A stretch of 46,854 nt of DNA, from NCBI GenBank assembly GCA_036397915.1, contig DASWIB010000072.1, forward strand, positions 1-46,854, given 5' to 3'. The notes beneath the pieces were generated by a model, which saw nothing but the letters and a program-made list of their open reading frames with translations, did not search any database and was not told the origin of the DNA. This document shows positions 7,260 through 15,840 of the stretch, piece after piece. This DNA is from Thermoanaerobaculia bacterium. Its GTDB lineage: Bacteria; Acidobacteriota; Thermoanaerobaculia; UBA5066; Gp7-AA6. Position 1 is the first letter of the stretch, and the number at the start of each line of letters is the position of its first letter. Made by a program: the position numbers and the translations under genes.

Positions 7260-8881
7260 GCGCGGCGGGTCCTCCGCGCCCCACACTCGAAGAGGCGCGG
7301 GCGAAGCTCCGGGAGCTCGGTTATCTTCAGGGGCGAGTCGAACGGTTCGTGTTCCGCCGCGCGCTCGAGAGCGCGTCGGGCCACATCACGCCGGTCGTGG
7401 TCGCTGGAGCGATCGCGCTGGCACTCGCCGGGACGGCCGCCGTCGCCTCCTCGCAATTCCGATACGGCGGATCCGCGCGCGCGATCGCCGGCCTGATCCT
7501 CCACCTCTTCATTGCGGCGCTCACTCCCTCGTTCCTCTTCGCCGCGGCGCTCTCTGCGGTCGCGACGCGCTCACGGCGGCCCGGCGGCGGTGCCCTGGGG
7601 TTCGCGCTCTTCGCCGCAATCGCCGTCCTCTTCCTCTGGATCTTCGGAACGTGGCGCCTGGTGGGGTCAGGTCTCCGACCGGACCCCCGCTCGGCGGCCG
7701 CGCTGCTCTGGGGAATCCCGGTCGCGCTCGCTGCGCTCCTCGCCGGCGCGACGGCGCGTGCCGCGTTCCTCGCGCGGGCTTTCGCACGGTCCGGCCGGCT
7801 TCCGCAGCGGCCGCGCCGCGCGATCCTCCTCGCCGCCGCGGCCGTCGCGCTCTCCGTCGCCGCGATCGTGTTCGCCGCGCGGCACGAGCCCGCGCGTCCC
7901 GTTCCGCCGCTCCCGGCGCCGCGCTCGCGGGCGCTCCTGGTCGTAGCCATCGACGGCCTCGATCTGGACGGACGGAGCGGACCCGGCGAGCGCGCGATCG
8001 CCGGGCTCCTCGCTCGGGGGGCGACCGGGTCGTGGAATGCTCGCGCCCGCTCGCCCGCGGAGACCTGGACGGACCTTGCAACGGGAGTCCCGCCGGCAAG
8101 GCACGGTGTCCGCGCGCTCGAGTGGGTCCGCCCGTTCGGACTTCCCGCCCTACGGCCGCCGTTCGGGACGTCCTGGTACTTCCGGGGCGTCGGGCTGACC
8201 GTCGGCGCGGTTTCGCGAACGCCGGTCTCGGCCCGGGAAAGGCGGAGCCTGGCCTTCTGGGAGGTCGCGGCGTCCGCGGGCCTGCCGACCCTCGCCGTCG
8301 GCTGGTGGGCGTCGGGACCGTGGCCCGGGGCGGATGTCGTCGAAAATCGCGAAGTCCTCGCGCGATCCGCGAGCGGACTCGACGCGGACGCCGTCGCAAT
8401 CGCGGAGTTCGGACGGCGCGCGGAGGGCAGAACCGTCGCGACGGTTTATCTGCCTGGCGCGGACATCCTGCGCGGAGAGCCGCCGGCTCGCCGCGCGGCT
8501 CTCGCGCGACTCTGGTTGTTCCTCGATCGCTTGACCGGCCGGGCCCGGCGCGGCGAGATCGTGCTGGTCGTGCTCGCCGCCGACAGTCACCCGGCGACCG
8601 GTTCGCTCGGGCGGATGGTCGTCTTCGATGGACCCGCGTCCGCGTCCCGGATGGTTCGCATCGCTCCCGAAGACGTGGCTCCGTCTCTCCTCGCACGCGC
8701 CGGCGTTCCGGTCGCCCGCGATCTGCCGGGTCGCCCCGCCGCGGCGCTCTTCGCTCCGGGCTCGCTCGAGACGGCCATGGTCGAGAGTTACGGGGAGCGG
8801 ATCTCTCCAGCCGCCGTGCCGGGGAAGGACAGCGACCGCGAATACCTGGAGAAGCTCCGGTCGCTGGGGTACCTGAACTGA
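7256..8881 (+). CDS. Polytopic membrane protein with C-terminal alkaline-phosphatase-superfamily (type I phosphodiesterase/NPP-like) domain
   Basis: 541 aa. GTG start overlaps the stop of the polyprenyl synthase (GTGA). N-terminal half has about 5 hydrophobic helices. C-terminal half has LLVVAIDGLD and SPAETWTDLATGVPPARHGV, resembling the metal-site and nucleophile region of NPP-like enzymes. Both termini carry LR-x-LGYL. Confidence 0.55.
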   Translation: MSAAGPPRPTLEEARAKLRELGYLQGRVERFVFRRALESASGHITPVVVAGAIALALAGTAAVASSQFRYGGSARAIAGLILHLFIAALTPSFLFAAALSAVATRSRRPGGGALGFALFAAIAVLFLWIFGTWRLVGSGLRPDPRSAAALLWGIPVALAALLAGATARAAFLARAFARSGRLPQRPRRAILLAAAAVALSVAAIVFAARHEPARPVPPLPAPRSRALLVVAIDGLDLDGRSGPGERAIAGLLARGATGSWNARARSPAETWTDLATGVPPARHGVRALEWVRPFGLPALRPPFGTSWYFRGVGLTVGAVSRTPVSARERRSLAFWEVAASAGLPTLAVGWWASGPWPGADVVENREVLARSASGLDADAVAIAEFGRRAEGRTVATVYLPGADILRGEPPARRAALARLWLFLDRLTGRARRGEIVLVVLAADSHPATGSLGRMVVFDGPASASRMVRIAPEDVAPSLLARAGVPVARDLPGRPAAALFAPGSLETAMVESYGERISPAAVPGKDSDREYLEKLRSLGYLN

Positions 8882-8981
8882 ATCGTCGGCCGTTCGCTGT
8901 TTGTGGACGAGGGACCGTGATATGTCAGAGGCGATGATCCCGAAAGAGCTCCTTTCGCTCCCGGCCCACGACTGACGCAAG

Positions 8982-10037
8982 ATGAAGGCCGTCTTCTTCC
9001 GCCGCCACGGCGGCAACGAGGTCCTGGAGTACGGCGACTGGCCGGATCCCCTTCCCGGTCCCGGCGAGGTCGTCCTCGGGATCCGTGCGGCCGCGTTGAA
9101 CCATCTCGACCTGTTCGCCCGCGATGGCATTCCCGGCGTGCCGCTGCCCCAGGTGCCCGGCGCCGATGGAGCGGGCGTCGTCGAGGAGATCGGCGAGGGA
9201 GTCACCGGCCTCGCCCGCGGAGAGCGTGTCCTCATCCAGCCGGGGCTGTTCTGCGGCGTCTGCGAGTTCTGCCTCGGCGGCGAGCAGAGCCTTTGCGAGC
9301 AGTACCGCATTCTGGGCGAGCACGCGCCCGGCACGTTCGCGGAGAAGGCGCTCGTCCCGGCGCGCAATCTCTTCCCGATCCCCGAGAGACTTTCCTTCGA
9401 GCAGGCGGCGGCGTTCCCGCTCTCCTACGAGACGGCGTGGCGCCTGATCATCACGCGGGGTGCGGTGCATCCCGGCGACACGGTCCTGATCCATGGGGTG
9501 GGTGGCGGAGTCGGCTGGGCGGCTCTCGAGATCGCGCTCCTCTGTGGCGCGCGCGTGATCGCGACGACCTCGGGGGAGGAAAAGCGCGGCGCGGCGCGCG
9601 CGGCCGGCGCGGAGCTCGTGATCGATTACACGAAGGAAGACGTGGGGGAGGCGGTTCGCAAACACACCGCCAAGCGCGGCGTGGACGTCGTGATCGACTC
9701 CGTCGGTGAGAAAACCTGGATGACGTCGCTTCGGGCGGCCCGCCGCGGCGGGCGAATCGTCACGTGCGGCGCGACGACGGGGCCGAACCCGCCCGAGGAG
9801 ATCCGGCTCATCTTCTGGAAGCACCTCTCGATCCTGGGATCCACGATGGCGAACGACCGCGAGTTCCGCGCGCTCCTCCAGGCGGTGGCCGCCGGGCGGT
9901 TGGCACCGCGCATCGATCGCGTTTTCCCGCTCGCCGAGGCGCCTGCCGCTTACCGGCTGCTCGAGGAGGGGCGGCAGTTCGGCAAGATCGTGCTCGTGCC
10001 GGACGGAACGCGTCGCGAGTGGCCGGACGGGGACTGA
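8982..10037 (+). CDS. Zinc-type alcohol dehydrogenase / quinone oxidoreductase (MDR superfamily)
   Basis: 351 aa. GroES-like N-terminus (PGADGAGVVEEIGEGV), Rossmann HGVGGGVG, typical C-terminus FGKIVLVP. Confidence 0.85.
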   Translation: MKAVFFRRHGGNEVLEYGDWPDPLPGPGEVVLGIRAAALNHLDLFARDGIPGVPLPQVPGADGAGVVEEIGEGVTGLARGERVLIQPGLFCGVCEFCLGGEQSLCEQYRILGEHAPGTFAEKALVPARNLFPIPERLSFEQAAAFPLSYETAWRLIITRGAVHPGDTVLIHGVGGGVGWAALEIALLCGARVIATTSGEEKRGAARAAGAELVIDYTKEDVGEAVRKHTAKRGVDVVIDSVGEKTWMTSLRAARRGGRIVTCGATTGPNPPEEIRLIFWKHLSILGSTMANDREFRALLQAVAAGRLAPRIDRVFPLAEAPAAYRLLEEGRQFGKIVLVPDGTRREWPDGD

Positions 10038-10064
10038 ATCGAGGTCGAGGTTCGAGGTCCGACG
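10038..10064. repeat. Tandem hepta/hexanucleotide array (N)TCGAGG x4
   Basis: atcgagg tcgagg ttcgagg tccgacg, immediately after the stop of the MDR gene. Confidence 0.75.
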
Positions 10065-10065
10065 A

Positions 10066-11253
10066 TTGAGTGATTTTCCAGCGGGGGACCCTGCGGTCCC
10101 CCGAACCCCCTGGGTCAGGGCGGGCAACCGGGATCGTCCCCTCTCGATCCTCCAGGTTCTCGAAAAGGGGAGCTTCACCACCGGAAGCGTCGTCCAGATG
10201 TTCGAGCTCGCCCGGGGACTGGCGCGGCGGGGGCACCGGGTCGCCGTCGTCTCGCGTCCCCACGGGGAGGTCGGGGGCCGTTGTCGCGCCGAGGGGATCC
10301 CGTTCCATCCGCTGCCGCTCCGCCACGAGTTCGACATTTCGAGCGCGCACGCTCTCGCTCGCCTCTACGACGAGAGCGCCGCGGACGTGGTCCACGTCCA
10401 CAAGGGGATCGCGCACTCGGCGGCCCTCATCGCGACGTTCTTCGCCCGGCGCCGGCCGGTGCTCGTCGTCAACCGGGGCGTTTCGTTCCCGCTCGATCCC
10501 TTCGCCGCGCTGAAGTACCGGGCGCGGCTCGACGCGGTCGTCACGGTGTGCGAGGACATCCGGAGGGTCGTCGTCGCCACGGCCGGCGTCCCGCCGGAGA
10601 AGGTCCACGTCGTCCACGCCGGGGTCGACGTCTCCCGGTTCGACCCGACGCGGGTGGACGGCAGAGGGGTGCGGCGGGAGTGGGAAGTCGCTCCGGACGA
10701 GAAGCTGCTCGTGACGGTGGGGGCGCGGGAATGGAAGGGATGGCGTGATCTCCTTTCCGCCGCCGCGCTCCTCGCGGCGGATTTTCGGAATCTGCGCACG
10801 GCGGTCGTTGCCTGCAAGGACGAGGCGGAAAAGGAACGGGTGCGGGGATATGCCCGCGGGGAGGGGATCGGCGACCGGGCGATTGCCGTCGGCTTTCGGA
10901 CGGACATGCCCGACGTGCTCGCCGCCGCCGACCTCGTCGCCGATCTCTCCTTCGAAGGCCTCGGGATCACCGGCACGATCCGCGAAGCGATGGCGCTTGG
11001 AAAAGCCGTGGTCGCGAGCGCCGCAGGCGGCAACCCCGAGCTCGTCGAAGACGGCCGCTCGGGCCTCCTCGTGCCGCCGCGCAACCCGCCCGCGGCCGCC
11101 GCAGCTTTTCGACGGCTGCTCTCGGAGCCGGAGCTCGCGTCCGCTCTGGGACGCGCCGCGCGGGAGCGTGTGGTCCGGAGCTTCTCGACCGAGGTGCGGC
11201 TCGAGCGGATCGAGGCACTCTACCGGAAGCTCGTCCCGAATGCCGACGTCTAG
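10066..11253 (+). CDS. Glycosyltransferase family 4 (GT-B fold); true start probably downstream of 10115
   Basis: 395-aa ORF with TTG start. The first ~17 codons are translation of the family-A repeat. The conserved part begins around LSILQVLEKGSFTTGS. Sugar-donor region EAMALGKAVVASAAGGNPELVEDGRSGLLV. Confidence 0.8.
   Translation: MSDFPAGDPAVPRTPWVRAGNRDRPLSILQVLEKGSFTTGSVVQMFELARGLARRGHRVAVVSRPHGEVGGRCRAEGIPFHPLPLRHEFDISSAHALARLYDESAADVVHVHKGIAHSAALIATFFARRRPVLVVNRGVSFPLDPFAALKYRARLDAVVTVCEDIRRVVVATAGVPPEKVHVVHAGVDVSRFDPTRVDGRGVRREWEVAPDEKLLVTVGAREWKGWRDLLSAAALLAADFRNLRTAVVACKDEAEKERVRGYARGEGIGDRAIAVGFRTDMPDVLAAADLVADLSFEGLGITGTIREAMALGKAVVASAAGGNPELVEDGRSGLLVPPRNPPAAAAAFRRLLSEPELASALGRAARERVVRSFSTEVRLERIEALYRKLVPNADV
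10068..10114. repeat. Family-A REP-like element, copy 5
   Basis: gagtgattttccagcgggggaccctgcggtcccccgaaccccctggg. It is read through by the annotated 5' extension of the GT4 ORF. Confidence 0.85.
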
Positions 11254-11256
11254 GCG

Positions 11257-11346
11257 CTCGGGACCGCAAGGCCCCACCGACAAATACTCGGACACACTCC
11301 CCGGACTCCGGGCACCGCAAGGTCCCCCGCAAGAGACTCGGACAAT
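11257..11346. repeat. Family-A REP-like elements, copies 6-7 (tandem, inverted orientation)
   Basis: ctcgggaccgcaaggccccaccgacaaatactcggacacactcc plus ccggactccgggcaccgcaaggtcccccgcaagagactcggacaatt, between convergent gene ends. Confidence 0.85.
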
Positions 11347-11348
11347 TC

Positions 11349-11576
11349 TTAGCGCCGGAAGATCCAGAAGAGGAGAGAAAAGAGAAGCGACAACACTAAG
11401 CAGGTGACGATCGGGAACACGAACGTAAAGCCGGGGCGGCGGACGACGACGTCCCCCGGCAGCCGGCCGAGATACTTCGAGAGGATCGGCCAGAGAATTG
11501 CCATCAGGACGAAAACGAGGCCGAGGACTAACAGCAGGGTGCGCACGGGCGATCCCACGCGGCGATTATTCTTCAT
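11349..11576 (-). CDS. DUF2905 family small membrane protein
   Basis: Only the last 75 codons of track ORF 11349..12296 look real: MKNNRRVGSPVRTLLLVLGLVFVLMAILWPILSKYLGRLPGDVVVRRPGFTFVFPIVTCLVLSLLFSLLFWIFRR, with the family signature GRLPGD...F.FP. The upstream part of that ORF is antisense to radC. Confidence 0.8.
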   Translation of the reverse strand: MKNNRRVGSPVRTLLLVLGLVFVLMAILWPILSKYLGRLPGDVVVRRPGFTFVFPIVTCLVLSLLFSLLFWIFRR

Positions 11577-11648
11577 GTCATTCCGAGGCCGAAGGCCGAG
11601 GAATCTCTCCCTGAAAAGCCAGAGATCCTTCGCTTCGCTCAGGATGAC
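11577..11648. repeat. Family-B hairpin-module cluster B1
   Basis: gtcattccgaggccgaaggccgaggaatc ... gatccttcgcttcgctcaggatgac: two modules in opposite orientation, directly abutting the DUF2905 start codon. Confidence 0.85.
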
Positions 11649-11651
11649 AGG

Positions 11652-12350
11652 GTGGAAACCTTGAACTCGACCTTCCGCATACGCGACCTCCCGCTTTCCG
11701 AACGGCCGAGGGAACGGCTCGCCCGCGCCGGCCCTGCCGCGCTCTCCGGCGAGGAGTTGCTCGCGCTCCTCCTCGGCTCCGGCGCGCGCGGCGAAAGCGC
11801 CCTCGACTGTGCGCGCCGGCTGCTCGCCCGCCACGGCGGCCTGGCCGGTCTCGCCGGCCTGAGCGGAAGCGAGCTCGCGCGCGAGAAGGGGGTCGGGCGC
11901 GCCCGGGCGTCGGCGATCGAGGCTGCGGTCGAGGTGGGGCGGAGGCTCGCTGCCGAGACACTCTCGACGCGCGACCTCTTCAACGAGCCGGGCCTCGTCA
12001 AGGAATATCTGCGGCGGACCCACGGCGACGGCACGCAGGAGCGCACGGGCGCGCTCTACCTGAACGCGCGCAATCGGCTGCTTCGCGACGATTCGGAGAT
12101 CTATCGCGGGACGCTCGATCGTGCAGTCGTCGAGCCGCGCGAGTTGTTGAAGCGTGCGCTTCTCGCGAACGCCGCCGCCTTCATCGTCTACCACAATCAT
12201 CCGTCTGGCGACCCGGCGCCGTCGCGCGAGGACCGCGAATTCACGAGACGTCTCGCCTCCGCCGCCGATCTCGTCGGACTTCGACTCCTGGATCACGTGG
12301 TCGTCGGCCGCGAGGGCTGCGTGTCGTTCCGCGAGGCAGGACTTCTGTAG
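11652..12350 (+). CDS. radC: RadC-like JAB/MPN domain protein
   Basis: 232 aa (GTG start). N-terminal HhH-like LSGEELLALLLGSG, C-terminal JAMM motif VYHNHPSGDPAPSRED. Confidence 0.85.
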   Translation: METLNSTFRIRDLPLSERPRERLARAGPAALSGEELLALLLGSGARGESALDCARRLLARHGGLAGLAGLSGSELAREKGVGRARASAIEAAVEVGRRLAAETLSTRDLFNEPGLVKEYLRRTHGDGTQERTGALYLNARNRLLRDDSEIYRGTLDRAVVEPRELLKRALLANAAAFIVYHNHPSGDPAPSREDREFTRRLASAADLVGLRLLDHVVVGREGCVSFREAGLL

Positions 12351-12362
12351 GGGGTCGGGTCG

Positions 12363-12456
12363 GGGGTCAGGTCTCCACTTGCCACATCGCTTCGCGATGA
12401 TGGCAAGGCCACTTTCTCTTGTCGAACGCCTTCCGTATCAGTGAAGACCTGACCCC
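12363..12456. repeat. Family-C MITE-like element, copy 1 (16-nt terminal inverted repeats GGGGTCAGGTCTYCAC)
   Basis: ggggtcaggtctccacttgccacatcgcttcgcgatgatggcaaggcc...gtgaagacctgacccc. Its left half matches the reverse complement of 26501-26550. Confidence 0.8.
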
Positions 12457-12483
12457 AGTCCTGTTATCGTTTCCCGCCTTCAC

Positions 12484-14403
12484 ATGAAGACCTTCTACGC
12501 GACGACGCCGATCTACTACGTCAACGATTTGCCGCACATCGGGCACATCTACTCGACGATCGTCGGCGACGTCCTGACCCGCTATCACCGACTGATCGGC
12601 GACGAGACGCGGTTCCTGACCGGGACCGACGAGCACGGGCAGAACATCGAGCGCGCGGCCGCGGCGCAGGGGATCACGCCGATCGAGCTGGCGGACCGCG
12701 TCGTCGAGCGATACCACGAGCTCTGGCGGACTTTCGAGATCCGCCACGACGACTTCATCCGGACCACCGAGCCGCGCCACCGGCGGGGCGTCGAGGAAAT
12801 CGTTCGCCGAATCGAAGCCGCCGGCGACCTTTATCTCGCGCGGCACGAAGGCTGGTATTGCGCGAGCTGCGAGACCTTCTACACGGAAAAGGAACTGGTC
12901 GACGGGAATTGCCCCGTGCACGAACGGCCGACCGCCTGGCAGTCGGAGGAGAACGTCTTCTTCCGCCTGTCGAAGTACGCCGCGCCTCTCCTCGAGATCT
13001 ACCGCGGCCGGCCGGAGTTCGTCCGGCCCGAGAACCGGCGCGCCGAAGTCATGTCGTTCGTCGAGGCCGGCTTGAAGGACCTGTCCGTCTCCCGCACGAA
13101 CGTGAAGTGGGGCGTGCCGTTTCCGGGGAGACCGGGACACGTCGTGTACGTATGGCTCGACGCGCTCTCGAACTACGTCACGGCTCTCGGCTTCGGCGCG
13201 GAGGACGACCGGCTTTACCGCGAATTCTGGGAGAACCCGGGCGGCCGGCGCGTGCACCTGATCGGCAAGGACATTCTCCGCTTCCATGCGGTCTACTGGC
13301 CGGCGTTCCTTTTGTCGGCCGGCCTTCCGGTGCCCACGACGGTCTGGGCGCACGGCTGGTGGCTGCGCGACGAGAAAAAGATGTCGAAATCGGTCGGCAA
13401 CGTCGTGCGGCCGGACTCGCTCGTCCGCGACTTCGGCCCCGACGCGCTGCGCTACTTTCTGATGCGCGAGATGGCATTCGGCCAGGACGCGTCCTTCTCG
13501 GACCAGGCGTTCCTCGAGCGCTACAACGCGGACCTCGCGAACGATCTCGGCAACACCGTCTCGCGCATCTCGGCGCTCTGCCGGCAGGCGTTCGCGTCAT
13601 CGCCGCCGGAACCGTGCGAGGACAACGAGGTGATCGCGGCGTGGGGGCGCGCGCGCGAGGGATGGCGGGTCGCGATGGACGACTTCGCGTTTCATCGCGG
13701 CCTCGAGACCATCTGGAGATTCCTCTCGGAGATCAACGGATACGTCGTCTCGCGAGAGCCCTGGAAACTGCTGAAAGAGGAGGGGCCGTCGGCGCGGCTG
13801 TCGCGGATCCTCTACTCCGCCTCGGAAGGCGTACGCCTCGCCGCCGGTCTGCTGTGGCCGTTCATGCCGGCGACGTCGCGGCGAATCTCCGCCGCGCTCG
13901 GCGCGGCGCCGGAGGATCCGAAGCTGGCGGACCTCGAGTGGGGCCACTTGCCGGTCGGGGCCCCGCTCGCCGCCGCCGAAGCGCTCTTTCCGCGAGTGGA
14001 CACGGCCGCGTACTTTGGAAGCAAGGAGGCAAAGATGCCGGAGCGGACCGATGCGAGCGCCGCCGGCGCGGAGAGCCGCATCTCGATCCAGGACTTCCAG
14101 AGGCTGCGGCTGGTGACCGGCCGGATCCTCCAGGCGGAGCGGGTGCCGCGCTCGAACAAGCTCGTCTGCCTGCAGGTGGATCTGGGCACCGAGCGCCGGC
14201 AGGTCGTCGCCGGCATCGCGAACCGCTACGAGCCGGAGTCGCTCGTCGGGAGGAACGTCGTGATCGTCGCGAACCTGGCGCCCGCGAAGCTCATGGGGAT
14301 CGAGTCAAACGGCATGGTGCTCGCGGCCACCGTGGGGGAGGCGGGGGAGCCGTCGTTGCTCGAGGTGCCGAACGACGTGCCGCCCGGGAGCGTCGTGAAG
14401 TGA
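12484..14403 (+). CDS. metG: Methionine--tRNA ligase with C-terminal Trbp111/EMAP-like tRNA-binding domain
   Basis: 639 aa. LPHIGH, KMSKSVGN, C-terminal OB domain (LVCLQVDLGTERRQVVAGIANRY...GMVL). Confidence 0.95.
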   Translation: MKTFYATTPIYYVNDLPHIGHIYSTIVGDVLTRYHRLIGDETRFLTGTDEHGQNIERAAAAQGITPIELADRVVERYHELWRTFEIRHDDFIRTTEPRHRRGVEEIVRRIEAAGDLYLARHEGWYCASCETFYTEKELVDGNCPVHERPTAWQSEENVFFRLSKYAAPLLEIYRGRPEFVRPENRRAEVMSFVEAGLKDLSVSRTNVKWGVPFPGRPGHVVYVWLDALSNYVTALGFGAEDDRLYREFWENPGGRRVHLIGKDILRFHAVYWPAFLLSAGLPVPTTVWAHGWWLRDEKKMSKSVGNVVRPDSLVRDFGPDALRYFLMREMAFGQDASFSDQAFLERYNADLANDLGNTVSRISALCRQAFASSPPEPCEDNEVIAAWGRAREGWRVAMDDFAFHRGLETIWRFLSEINGYVVSREPWKLLKEEGPSARLSRILYSASEGVRLAAGLLWPFMPATSRRISAALGAAPEDPKLADLEWGHLPVGAPLAAAEALFPRVDTAAYFGSKEAKMPERTDASAAGAESRISIQDFQRLRLVTGRILQAERVPRSNKLVCLQVDLGTERRQVVAGIANRYEPESLVGRNVVIVANLAPAKLMGIESNGMVLAATVGEAGEPSLLEVPNDVPPGSVVK

Positions 14404-14413
14404 CCGCGCAGCG

Positions 14414-14489
14414 GTCATTCCTTCACTTCGTTCAGGACAGGCTGTGAGCCCCTCGCGTTCGCTCGGGACAGGCTCCGCGAAGGATCTCA
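14414..14489. repeat. Family-B module cluster B2
   Basis: gtcattccttcacttcgttcaggacaggctgtgagcccctcgcgttcgctcgggacaggctccgcgaaggatc. Confidence 0.75.
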
Positions 14490-14554
14490 GAGACCCGAGA
14501 AACGTGAGGTGCCGGAAGGATCGACTCCCCGGATCCTGGATTCCCTGACCCCAT

Positions 14555-15328
14555 ATGCTTGCCGATTCTCACTGCCATCTCCAGATGGTCGAAGACGAGC
14601 TTCCCGAGGTCCTCGCTCGGGCACGCCGAGCGGGCGTCTCCCGTTTCCTCGTCCCCGGCACCACACTCGCCGACTCGGCCGAAGCGGCGGCCATCGCCGC
14701 CGCGAATCCGGATGTCCTCGCGGGGGTCGGGGTCCACCCGCACGAGGCGAAGGACTTCGACGCCGCACGGGATGGCGCATCCCTGGAGGGTCTCGCGAAG
14801 CGACCGGAAGTCGCCGCGGTCGGAGAAGTCGGGCTCGACTTCCACTACGACTTCTCGCCGCGCGGAAAACAGGTGGAGGTCCTCGAGTGGATGCTCGACC
14901 TCGCGCGGCGGCTCGACCTTCCAGTGATCTTGCACAATCGGGAGAGCGGGCCGGAGCTCATCGCGGTGCTCGAGCGGCTCGGCCCCCGCGAGAACGCCGG
15001 AGTCTTCCACTCGTTCACCGAGAGCGCCGAATACGGATGGAAGGTGCTCGACCTCGGGTTCCGGGTGTCATTCTCGGGCATGCTCACGTTCCGTGGCGCG
15101 TCGAACATCCGCGAAGCTGCCGCCCGGCTGCCGCTCGACTCCATGCTCGTCGAGACCGACTCGCCTTACCTTGCGCCCGAGCCGCACCGGGGGAAGCGAT
15201 GTGAGCCGGCCTTCGTCGTCGAGACTGCGAAAAAGCTCGCGGAAGTTCATGGCGCGTCGCTCGAGCGAGTGGCGGAAGCGACGACCGCGAACTTCGAGCG
15301 GCTCTTCCCGCAGCACTCCCGCGCATGA
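14555..15328 (+). CDS. TatD family metal-dependent hydrolase (YcfH-like)
   Basis: 257 aa. MLADSHCHL, GEVGLDFHY, HSF..., ETDSPYLAPEPHRGKRCEP. Confidence 0.9.
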   Translation: MLADSHCHLQMVEDELPEVLARARRAGVSRFLVPGTTLADSAEAAAIAAANPDVLAGVGVHPHEAKDFDAARDGASLEGLAKRPEVAAVGEVGLDFHYDFSPRGKQVEVLEWMLDLARRLDLPVILHNRESGPELIAVLERLGPRENAGVFHSFTESAEYGWKVLDLGFRVSFSGMLTFRGASNIREAAARLPLDSMLVETDSPYLAPEPHRGKRCEPAFVVETAKKLAEVHGASLERVAEATTANFERLFPQHSRA

Positions 15329-15696
15329 CGAGCCCACGACGGATCTCGCCGCGCGAGTTCGAAGCGCTCGCCGAGGAAGCGCTCGCCGGGGTGCCCGAGA
15401 GCTTTCGCCGTTATCTCGAAAATGTCGTCGTGATCGTCGAGGAAGAACCGACGCCGGAGGACTACGAAGAAACCGATACTCGAGACGACGAGGAGCTCTT
15501 CGGCATCTTCCGCGGCGCGCCGTTTTTCGAGCGCGACCGATTCGTTTCCGACCTCCCCGGTCAGATCGCGATCTTCCGTGGGCCGATCCTGCGCTCGTGC
15601 GCGACGCGGGGCGAAGCAATCCGCGAGATCCGCGATACCGTCGTGCACGAGCTGGGGCATCTGCTGGGGTTGGGGGACGACGAGATGCCTTACTGA
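15325..15696 (+). CDS. Zincin-like metallopeptidase family protein (DUF1025-like)
   Basis: 123 aa, ATGA overlap with tatD. C-terminal VVHELGHLLGLGDDEM. Confidence 0.75.
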   Translation: MTSPRRISPREFEALAEEALAGVPESFRRYLENVVVIVEEEPTPEDYEETDTRDDEELFGIFRGAPFFERDRFVSDLPGQIAIFRGPILRSCATRGEAIREIRDTVVHELGHLLGLGDDEMPY

Positions 15697-15790
15697 GCAG
15701 AGGCCGCGCAGCCGCCCGAAGGGCGGCCTATCGCCGGCTCGGAGGGGTCTGACCCCCCGGGGTCTGACCCCGGATATCGGGCCTTAGACG

Positions 15791-15817
15791 AAAAAAGACC
15801 ACCCCGAAGGGTGGTCT
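15791..15817 (-). terminator. Rho-independent terminator of the lipoprotein gene
   Basis: Minus strand reads agaccaccc-ttcg-gggtggtct followed by uuuuu: 9-bp stem, 4-nt loop, 24 nt after the stop. Confidence 0.7.
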
Positions 15818-15840
15818 CGGAAACTGTTTTTCGAAGCGTT

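Noticed and set aside
11349-12296. 315-aa minus-strand ORF spanning the radC region.
   Set aside because: Only its last 75 codons (DUF2905) look genuine. The rest is antisense to a clear RadC/JAB gene and runs through repeat cluster B1.
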